Shown here piece after piece: positions 53,537 to 62,700 of a stretch of DNA of 64,000 bases. The stretch is from a virus, in IMG/VR virus record IMGVR_UViG_3300022890_000011, positions 32,001 to 96,000 of that record. One strand, written 5' to 3'. The notes under the pieces were generated by a model that saw only the letters and a program-made list of their open reading frames with translations, was not told the DNA's origin and did not search any database. A program made the position numbers and the translations under genes. Each line of letters starts with the position of its first letter. Position 1 is the first letter of the stretch.

Positions 53537-53962
53537 ATGAAATCATATGAAAAATATATAGAATTTAATAAAAAGATTGAATCTTTAAAAAGTGAAATGT
53601 GTATTGAACTTTATAATGAGTTATTAAAAATGAAAAAGTTTGGTGTTAAACCAGAGAGTAATAGTCAAGGTTTAGATCTTATAATACCTTTTAAAGTTAA
53701 AATTTATGATAATGATTATAATGGATTTGGTATTTATTATCACAGGGTACAAGGTAGAGAAAATATTAGTATATATGTTGGTATTGTAGATGATATTGAT
53801 AATTTTGGTTGGGAGGGGTTAATTATAACAGTTTCTGTTAAAGGTTATATTCAAGGAGATTTGATTGAAAATGAACAAAATAAACAATTTAAAATAATAT
53901 TTAAGTTTTTAATGGAAGATGCTCTGCCATATTTAGAGTCAAGAAATTTAGGATTAATGTAA
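53537..53962 (+). CDS. Dual-tagged protein (MKSYEKYIE... / ...SRNLGLM)
   Basis: Terminal motifs. Confidence 0.65.
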   Translation: MKSYEKYIEFNKKIESLKSEMCIELYNELLKMKKFGVKPESNSQGLDLIIPFKVKIYDNDYNGFGIYYHRVQGRENISIYVGIVDDIDNFGWEGLIITVSVKGYIQGDLIENEQNKQFKIIFKFLMEDALPYLESRNLGLM

Positions 53963-54502
53963 ATGAAGTATTTAAAAACATATTCAGAAAATCAATTAAT
54001 TAAAGACCATTTAAGTGATAATGGTAAAACATTAGATTTATCTAATTTAGATTTAACTGAATTACCTGAATTACCTGAAGGATTAGAAAGATTATATTGT
54101 GGTAATAACCAATTACCTGAATTACCTGAATTACTTAAAGAATTAAAAGTATTATATTGTTATAATAACCAATTAACTAAATTACCTGAATTACCTGAAG
54201 GATTAGAAAGATTATATTGTTATTATAACCAATTAACTAAATTACCTGAATTACCTAAAGGATTAAAAAGATTATATTGTTATTATAACCAATTAACTAA
54301 ATTACCTGAATTACCTAAAGGGTTAGAAGTATTATCTTGTTATTATAACCAATTAACTAAATTACCTGAATTACCTAAAGGGTTAAAAATATTAGATTGT
54401 GATTATAACCAATTAACATATAAAGATTTAGATGGTTATTGGAAATGGTTTTGGAAAGAAAATCCAGACCTTCATAATGCAAATAAAATGGGATTATATT
54501 AA
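53963..54502 (+). CDS. Dual-tagged leucine-rich-repeat protein (short 20-aa bacterial LRR)
   Basis: Six LPELPxGLxxLYCxxNQLTK repeats encoded by ~60-bp tandem DNA repeats; MKYLKTYSE ... NKMGLY. Confidence 0.85.
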   Translation: MKYLKTYSENQLIKDHLSDNGKTLDLSNLDLTELPELPEGLERLYCGNNQLPELPELLKELKVLYCYNNQLTKLPELPEGLERLYCYYNQLTKLPELPKGLKRLYCYYNQLTKLPELPKGLEVLSCYYNQLTKLPELPKGLKILDCDYNQLTYKDLDGYWKWFWKENPDLHNANKMGLY

Positions 54503-54901
54503 ATGAAGTATTTAAAAACATATGAAGAGTTGTTATATGTAAATTATAAGTATGTTATAGTTTGTAAAAATGAAAAAGAATTTGTTGATGTTCAAAAATA
54601 TATTAAAAAGAATGTACCACAGATAAAATTCAATTTTCAAAAATCTTATTATGATGTTAAAAATGATTTTATTAGTAGTTCAGATTTTAGTAGTAACAGA
54701 ACAATAGATGAAGTTTATCCTAATTTGAAAGATGAAAACTCACCTATTTTTCTTTATATTTTACCAGATTTAGAAATTATTACAGGTGATATTGATAAGT
54801 GGATTGAATATTATGATAAAAAAGGAATACCAGTTATAAAAGGCAATGATATTGAACAATTATCAGTATTTATAGAATCAAAAAAATTAGGACTAATGTA
54901 A
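54503..54901 (+). CDS. Dual-tagged protein (MKYLKTYEE... / ...SKKLGLM)
   Basis: Terminal motifs. Confidence 0.65.
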   Translation: MKYLKTYEELLYVNYKYVIVCKNEKEFVDVQKYIKKNVPQIKFNFQKSYYDVKNDFISSSDFSSNRTIDEVYPNLKDENSPIFLYILPDLEIITGDIDKWIEYYDKKGIPVIKGNDIEQLSVFIESKKLGLM

Positions 54902-54930
54902 TGAAGTATTTAAAAACATATGAAGATTAA
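54901..54930 (+). pseudogene. Empty 9-aa tag-only ORF MKYLKTYED*
   Basis: ATG AAG TAT TTA AAA ACA TAT GAA GAT TAA overlapping the upstream stop. Confidence 0.65.
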
Positions 54931-55118
54931 ATTAAACCTTTCTTTTTCAATTTTTTAATTTTACCTTTAATTTTACTATTTCCAATATTTAATAATTTTG
55001 AACAATAATCAACACCTTTTAAATAATTGTCTGTTAAAATTATTTCTTCTTCTTTTGTCCATTTATGGTTTTTATTTTCACTCAAAACGTGTATTTTTTT
55101 GTAAATTGATCTTTCATA

Positions 55119-55292
55119 TTATAATTTTATTTTAGAAATATCTAATTCACATTTTTTAAAATATTCAAATAAAGCAAATTCAATATATCTTGATCTATTT
55201 GTGGTATTTTCTTCTAATTTAGAATGAATTTCTGGAGAAATTGAAATAGAAATTCTTATTCTTTTATTTTTATTGTTTTTTAACCTTTTCAT
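55119..55292 (-). CDS. Ribbon-helix-helix (CopG/Arc-like) protein
   Basis: RIRISISISPEIHSKL...NRSRYIEFAL; likely ATG 55292. Confidence 0.6.
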   Translation of the reverse strand: MKRLKNNKNKRIRISISISPEIHSKLEENTTNRSRYIEFALFEYFKKCELDISKIKL

Positions 55293-55379
55293 ATTGTATA
55301 TATATAAAAATATAAAAGTCATAAAATGACATTTTTTCATCAACATTTTAATTAATTTAAAATAAATAAAATTATAATT

Positions 55380-55556
55380 ATGCCAAGAAATAAAATGAAA
55401 CCGGAAGAAAAAAAAATTAGTTTTGGTATTACACTTGACCCTTTAATTGTTAAATTGTTAAATGAACAATCAGAACTGGAAGGAAAATCTAAATCAAAAT
55501 TAATAGAAGATGTCGTTAAAGAACATTTTAAAAATATAAATTTAGAAGATGACTAA
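55380..55556 (+). CDS. Ribbon-helix-helix protein (58 aa, not in ORF track)
   Basis: MPRNKMKPEEKKISFGITLDPLIVKLL...SKSKLIEDVVKEHF. Confidence 0.6.
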   Translation: MPRNKMKPEEKKISFGITLDPLIVKLLNEQSELEGKSKSKLIEDVVKEHFKNINLEDD

Positions 55557-58500
55557 AATAGTACATTTAGCAGATATACATATCGTAAATAATCCACATG
55601 AACATTTTAAATATAGAGAACAATTTAAAAAATTATATGATGAACTTGATAAAATTAAACCAACTAAGATAGTTTTAGTTGGTGATACATTAGATAATTT
55701 TATTGAAATATCTCTAGAAGCAGAATTATTAACTTCAGAATTTTTGAACAAATTATCTACATATTGTGAAGTTATTGTTGTATTAGGCAATCATGAAATT
55801 AGGAAAAAAGATTTATCTAGAAAATCTTCAATAGGTTCTATTATTAAGATGATAAATAATAAAAATATTACATTTTTTGAAAAATCTGGTTTTTATGATG
55901 ATTCAACTGAAGATATAGTATGGGTAAATTATTCACATCTTGAAAAAACAATAATCCCTTGGAAAGATATTAAACACAACAAAACAAATAAAACATATAT
56001 TGGGTTATATCATGATCCTATTTATGGTTGTAAATTACCAAGTGGTTTAAGTATGAATAAAAAAAAGTTGCCTAAATTTGAAGATTTTTCCAATAATGAT
56101 TTAAATTTGTTTGGTGATATACATTTGCGTCAATTTTTTGATGATAAATGTGCTTTTTGTGGATCTTTCATGCAATTGAATTTTGGTGAAAAAGTAGAAA
56201 ATCATGGGTTTTTGTTATGGGAAATTGACAATGGTGAAATATCAGTTAAAGAATATAATTTGGAAAATGAATACAATTTTATAAATTTGTGTGTTGGAAG
56301 TGGCGTGAATTATGATAATTTAAATATATTAACAAAACATGCGAAAAAACATTCAAAATTCAAGGTACATTGGAAAGAATTAAGTTCTCAAATTAATCTT
56401 GAAAATGAGGTTAAAATAAGAAATTATATAGGTTCTAAATATAATATAGATCCAAATAAAATTAAGATTGATAAAGAATTTTTATATACATCAATAATAG
56501 AATCACAAATGCTAAGTGAAAGTGTTGACATAACAGATAAAACTATTCAACATGAAATTTTTAATGAATATCTCGAAAATAAAGGATATAGTGAAGAACA
56601 AATTAAACAAATATTAGAAATAGATGATATTGTTGATGAAAGGTTAGAATTAAAACCTATTTTAAATAACATTAATTATTCACTTGATGAATTATGGATA
56701 GATAATTTTAAGTCATATGGTTTAAAAAATAATTTACCATGGAAAGACAGTAATGGAGTTATTCAAATAACAGGAGAAAATCAACAAGGAAAAACAACAA
56801 TAATTGATGCAATAACATATTTATTTTTTGGAACTACAATGGCCACAAATATTTTAGGTGGTGGTAAAAAAGAAAAATTTGGAGATCAAAGATATATTAA
56901 TAATAAAAACAAACATGATTATTGCAAAGTTGATGGTAAAATAACAATTGATGGTGAAACATTAACATTAAAAAGAAGAACTGATAGACAATGGACAAAA
57001 AATAATACAGTTAAGGCTTGTCCTACAATTTTCACTATTTTAAATGATCAAGGATTGCCTTTAAATGAAGAAACAAGAGCTAAAACCCAGAGAAAACTTG
57101 ATTCTATATTGGGTACATTTGATGATTTTGTTAGAATGATTTTAACAAATGCTGATAATTTAAATGCTTTGTTATCTTTGAACAGGTCTATTTTTATAGA
57201 TTCTTTAATTAAAGATGCAGGTTATGATGTATTTGATAAGAAATTAAAAGAGTTTAAATCTTATAAAAAAGAAGAGGAAGAGTCTGAAGAAACTATTAAT
57301 ATAAATATTATTGATGTTGAATCAGATATTAAAGAATCTGAAGAAGAAATATCAGATTATGAAGATTTAAATACAACTAATTTGGATAAAATAGAAATTA
57401 TAGATATAAAACTTAAAACTTCATTTAATGAAAGAGACGAAGAAATTAAGAAATTACATAAGATTGATGCTGAAATTGTAGAGTTAGATATTGATGAGTT
57501 AAATCAAAGACTTGAACAATATAAAGAAGCAATTATAACTAATCAAAATAAACAAACTAAAAATTCTGAATATATGAAGAATCTAAAACAAGAGTTTGAT
57601 GAAGATAAGTTAAAATCTTTGTATAAAGAAGTTCAAAATATAGATAAATCCGTGATGGATATTCAGTTATCTATCAAAGATACAGATAATAAAATATCAA
57701 AAGAAAATCAAGTTATTGATAAAGTAGATGATAAAATTGATAATATGAAAGATAAAGAGATTGATAGAAAGAGATCTTTGATTGATGATATTAATGATAA
57801 AATAAATAATTTAGATTCACTATATCAAAAAGCGGTTGACGATAAGGTTAAAGATGTTGAAAAAGAAGTTAATAGTATTAATAGTGAAATTAAATTAACT
57901 AAGTCTGAATTAAAACATATTAGAGAAACAGGTATTGGTAAGAAGAAAGAGATTTCTAAATTAGAAAAAGAAATTGAAGATTTAGAAGATAGTAAAGTTT
58001 GTCCTACATGTAATAGAGAGTGGGATGATGAAGATAAACAGAAACATATTAGAAATTGGGTAGATAAATATAGAGATAATATAAAAATTTTAGATCAAGA
58101 AATTCAGGGTTTATTTGATAAAGTTAAACCAGAACAAAGTAAATTAATGACATTAAAAAGTTTGATGTTAGAGAAAGAGGAAAAAGTTTTTGATTTAAAG
58201 AATGATATTATAAGTGGATTCAGTGATTTAGAGATATTAAAGGAAGATCATTTAAAGAAGAAAGAGGAATTAGTGGATAATATAACTTCTATTGAGGTTA
58301 TAATTAATGAGATTAAGGATGGTGATTATAAGAATGTCAAAATTCTAGAAGAAAATATACTTAAGGGTTTAACAGTAAAAGAAAATTCTTTAAAACAAAT
58401 TAGAATTTTTCAATTAGAAAATAAAGAAAAAGTACAGCTAATTAAGGATAAAAAATCTGAGATTGAAACTGTCGAAATGGATATAAATCTCTTAGAGAAA

Positions 58501-59295
58501 GAGCAAGAACAAGTTAAGAAATGGCAAGTTCTTTTTAATGATAATGAAAAACTTAAATTAGAGATTGATAAATACAGACTTACTATTGAGAAATTTAATG
58601 AGAAGTTCAAAAGATATAATGAGCATCTTAATTATATTGAAGACAATAAGAAGATTGAGTTATTGATTTCTGATATTGAATTTTCTATATCTGATAATGA
58701 AGATCGTAAAAAATTATTAACAGATAAGATTTCTAATAATAGTATTGAAATTAATATTTATAAAAAAGAAATAGAGAAAAATCTTAAAAAAATTGAAATA
58801 TTTAAAGAACAAGAAAGGAGAAAATCTTTATGGAAAGAATATGAAACACTTGTTCACAGAGACGGATTACCAAGTTACTTACTCAAAAAGTCAATACATT
58901 TAATAAATCATAAATTGAGTGAAATGTTAGGTGGTGTTGATTTTGATGTTTATTTTAACGAAGATTTAAATCTTAGAATGTTTATGAAATCTAGTCCAGA
59001 TGTAGAGCAAAATGCAATTGAAAGTTCAGGTAAGGAGCGAGTTTTTATCGCTGTTGCGTTAAAATCAGCATTAAGACACATAAATAATAGAAGTAAAATT
59101 AATATGTTGTTATTGGATGAGATTATGGGAAAATTATTGAATAAATCTGTTGATGAATTTAGAAATTTACTATTGAATCTAAAAAATGATATCGACAAGA
59201 TAGTTATCATAGAACATATACATCCAATACAACCTGATTATATCATTGATGTAATTAAAAATGAAGATGGAATTAGTTCATTTAATTTAAGTTAA
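55549..59295 (+). CDS. Fused SbcD/Mre11 nuclease - SbcC/Rad50 ATPase (T4 gp47-gp46 equivalent)
   Basis: HLADIH, VGD, GNHE and GDIH phosphoesterase motifs; Walker A GENQQGKTT; coiled coil with CPTC zinc hook; SSGKE signature; LLLDE Walker B; IEH. Confidence 0.9.
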   Translation: MTKIVHLADIHIVNNPHEHFKYREQFKKLYDELDKIKPTKIVLVGDTLDNFIEISLEAELLTSEFLNKLSTYCEVIVVLGNHEIRKKDLSRKSSIGSIIKMINNKNITFFEKSGFYDDSTEDIVWVNYSHLEKTIIPWKDIKHNKTNKTYIGLYHDPIYGCKLPSGLSMNKKKLPKFEDFSNNDLNLFGDIHLRQFFDDKCAFCGSFMQLNFGEKVENHGFLLWEIDNGEISVKEYNLENEYNFINLCVGSGVNYDNLNILTKHAKKHSKFKVHWKELSSQINLENEVKIRNYIGSKYNIDPNKIKIDKEFLYTSIIESQMLSESVDITDKTIQHEIFNEYLENKGYSEEQIKQILEIDDIVDERLELKPILNNINYSLDELWIDNFKSYGLKNNLPWKDSNGVIQITGENQQGKTTIIDAITYLFFGTTMATNILGGGKKEKFGDQRYINNKNKHDYCKVDGKITIDGETLTLKRRTDRQWTKNNTVKACPTIFTILNDQGLPLNEETRAKTQRKLDSILGTFDDFVRMILTNADNLNALLSLNRSIFIDSLIKDAGYDVFDKKLKEFKSYKKEEEESEETININIIDVESDIKESEEEISDYEDLNTTNLDKIEIIDIKLKTSFNERDEEIKKLHKIDAEIVELDIDELNQRLEQYKEAIITNQNKQTKNSEYMKNLKQEFDEDKLKSLYKEVQNIDKSVMDIQLSIKDTDNKISKENQVIDKVDDKIDNMKDKEIDRKRSLIDDINDKINNLDSLYQKAVDDKVKDVEKEVNSINSEIKLTKSELKHIRETGIGKKKEISKLEKEIEDLEDSKVCPTCNREWDDEDKQKHIRNWVDKYRDNIKILDQEIQGLFDKVKPEQSKLMTLKSLMLEKEEKVFDLKNDIISGFSDLEILKEDHLKKKEELVDNITSIEVIINEIKDGDYKNVKILEENILKGLTVKENSLKQIRIFQLENKEKVQLIKDKKSEIETVEMDINLLEKEQEQVKKWQVLFNDNEKLKLEIDKYRLTIEKFNEKFKRYNEHLNYIEDNKKIELLISDIEFSISDNEDRKKLLTDKISNNSIEINIYKKEIEKNLKKIEIFKEQERRKSLWKEYETLVHRDGLPSYLLKKSIHLINHKLSEMLGGVDFDVYFNEDLNLRMFMKSSPDVEQNAIESSGKERVFIAVALKSALRHINNRSKINMLLLDEIMGKLLNKSVDEFRNLLLNLKNDIDKIVIIEHIHPIQPDYIIDVIKNEDGISSFNLS

Positions 59296-59516
59296 AATCT
59301 TTTTCACTTTTATAGTTTTTAGTACTGTTTAAAGTTTTTTTAGTTATACACAAATTATTTATTCCACCTATTATAATTGGTAGAATGTTATATTTTCATA
59401 CTTATATATATTAAAAATAAAAACCAAAAAGTATAAAATTAGTATAAAAATTGAAAAAATACTTAATTTAAACATTAATTAAATAATTATATATAATATA
59501 AAATGAAATTATATTC

Positions 59517-59699
59517 ATGAGGAAGAAGATCCCAGATGAGAAAAAGAAGAAAAAAACTGCTGTTTCTATTGACAAGGAATTATCAATTATTTTAATAGAT
59601 TTTTTAAAAGATAAGAATTTAAAAAGATCTAAATATATAGAAAATCTTATCAGAAATGATATGGAAAAACGAGGCAAGGGAATAGAAAGGGAATTCTAA
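59517..59699 (+). CDS. Ribbon-helix-helix protein
   Basis: KTAVSIDKEL...KRSKYIENLIRNDM. Confidence 0.6.
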   Translation: MRKKIPDEKKKKKTAVSIDKELSIILIDFLKDKNLKRSKYIENLIRNDMEKRGKGIEREF

Positions 59700-59721
59700 C
59701 ATTTACATTTACATTTGGATA

Positions 59722-62700
59722 ATGGAAGTATATAACGTAAAATATTATAAGAGTGGAATTTATGAAGGTATATACACTTTAAAAATAGAAGAAGAAGTTG
59801 TGTCTGGTCTTTTAATAGGCAATCATCAAGTAACACCAAGTGAAATAAAACATAAATTTACATTAATTAAAGATGATAATTTAATAGATGAATATTTAGA
59901 TCAATGGGAATCAAACTACATTTTTAAAAATGACCGAAGTAATAGAGATATTAGATTTGAGAATCAATTTTTAGAAGTTGAATTGACAAGACCTATTTTA
60001 AAATCTATTTGTGAAGATGTTGATAACGGTGTTTATGAATATGAATATCAACAAGATTATTACTCAATGAATTTTGATGTTGATAAATATCAAAAGTATC
60101 TTATTAGAAAAGAAAGAAAAAATAAATTAGATAGAATACGTGAATCCGATAAATAATTTTATTATGAGTCTTAATATTAAAGAAAAATATAATGATATTT
60201 ATAAGTTGATTTTAGAATATGATTTGAATATTTTATTAAAACCAAATAATTCAAATATTGAATTTGTTATTGAATATGATGGTTATCAAATAGAGATAAA
60301 ACAAGGTATAACTGAAAAAGAATTTCAAAAGAAAATTATAAAGTTTCTTAGAAAGATTAAAATGAAGAGGTTGAAAAGTGAATAGAGAGTTTTTAAATGA
60401 TAATAAACAATTAATCAGAGAATATTTGTGTGATTTATGTACTTGTGATGTTGATGTTATTGAATTTTTTTTATATCCTGAAGATGGTAGGTGGAGAGTT
60501 ATGTATATGAATATTGAACTTGATTATTTTAATTATGATAGGATAAAATTAAATGAAAATGATGTTATTAAATATATTAGGAAACGTAAAATAGAGAGGG
60601 TAAAAGACAATGATAACAAATGAACAATATCTTAGTACAAAGTATGGTAAGAAATTAATCGAAATTATTGAAGATGATGATGACTGTTGTGTTTATGTGT
60701 TAGATATAAATGGTATTATCATTGTTCAGAAGTTGGTTTTGTCAGATGAGGATAAAAAAGAGTATTTAAGAATTAGTAGAAAACTAAAATTAGAGAGGGT
60801 AAAAGATGTTTGATTGGAATATAGTTGATGATATGTTAGATCGGTTAGATTTACACATGAGTATTATAAATTTTAATGGTAATGATAATATAGTTTTTCA
60901 GTATAAGGTTGAAAAAATAAGTACTAAAAATATACGGAAATTTAATTCTGATCATGATTTATTAAAATATCTTCAAAGATTAGAACGAAAACTTAAATTA
61001 GATAGAGTTAATGATAAATAGAGAATATTATTTTGATGAATTATGGCCTGAAAAACCTTTGCCATCACCACAAGGAAAAATAATATATCTTGATTATGTA
61101 TATCCTAATTTTAATATAATAGAAATAGAGAAAAACATAATAGAAAGGTTAAATGGAAAACTGGATTGAAGTAAGTGATAGATTAGATACAAAGACGAAA
61201 TATATTTAGTATTGGAGTATGTAGGTAATTCTAGAATAGATGATTTGCCAATTTATAGAATTGGATATAGTAATATTTTGTGTAATACAAATGAATTAAA
61301 TAAATATATTAGATATAATTATGTCAAATCCATTTCTGAGGCTCATACTAACATTACTAGTATTGAGCAAAATGTGATACGTAGATTCACTTTAAATAAT
61401 ATGATTATTAAGATTTATAAATATAATAAAGATGTACTAAATGAAAATTAAGGAAATAACAAAAGAATTGATGACTGAAGCATTTCAAGAAATTCTTAAA
61501 AAATATGATTTAAATGATATTGTAAATGGCGATTTTAAAGAAATGGGATTTGTAATGGATTATCCAGTTAAACTTAATGAAGAAGTTGAAGAGGATGATT
61601 TATATACTATTATAGAGGAAGAAATTATTGAAAAGTTCAAAGATAGATCTGGAATGAAAGAAAAGATTAAAGAAATTAAACGTAAAGAAAGGAAAGATAA
61701 AATTGAGAGACTTAGAAACGAGTAATTTATTAGATATTTATAATTATTGTAAGAGTTATTTGGATGACACATTTTCAGTTTTACAATTAATTAAATCATA
61801 TTGTGTTATTCAAAATAAAGAGTTATTTTTAACAATGAATATTGATGATAATGCATTTGAAAATTTAAGTGAAAAAGTACGATATATTTGTGAGAAGGTT
61901 ATTTCTAAAATTTATCCATCTTTTGATTTAAATCTTATAACTATAAATATAACAAAATCTGATTTTGATTCGATAAATGTTGATTTTGAGTTTAATAAAC
62001 CGGTTCTTAAAGATGCATTATGTAAAGAATTTACATCTAAGGAGTTTATTAGATTAGATAGAAAACGTAAACTTAAAAGAGTTAAATATGGAAGATAATT
62101 TAATATTTGTAGAAGGATATGTTATTAAATATTTACATGATAATATTAATATATTAAGTAATGAGTTAAAAGTACAATTAAATTATTTAGATTCTCAGAA
62201 TTTGAAATATTTTTTTGAGATTATAATTAGTGGTGGTGCTTATTCTTTGCAAGTTAATGAAATGGATTGTAACTTAGAATTTATACCAGATAAAGAATTT
62301 TTAAGATATGTTAGAAAAGAAAAACTAAAAAGAATTAAAGATGCTAGATAAAGATATTATATTATTAATGATTCAATATACTGATAAACAAATTGATGAA
62401 AAATTTAATGAATGTGAAATTGATTTACCAACTGAATCTTTAGAATATAATTATGAAGTTGATTTAGTTAAATCTAAAATAGAGAGATTAAATAGATTAC
62501 AAGAGTCAATTGTAGAAGCTAAAGAAGTATTAAATTATAGATTAACTGAAAATAAATTGACAAATGAATCTATAATTAATTGTTTAGTAGAATGTGAAAG
62601 AATAGACGGTTCTGTTTATTGTAATTATCATTCATTTGATTTTGATGAAAAGAGGTATAATAGAATTATGAGAAAATTAAAATTGAAAAGAGTTAGAGGA

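Noticed and set aside
54050-54420. Tandem ~60-bp repeats as a possible CRISPR array
   Set aside because: Repeats are contiguous, in frame and encode LRRs; no unique spacers and no cas genes
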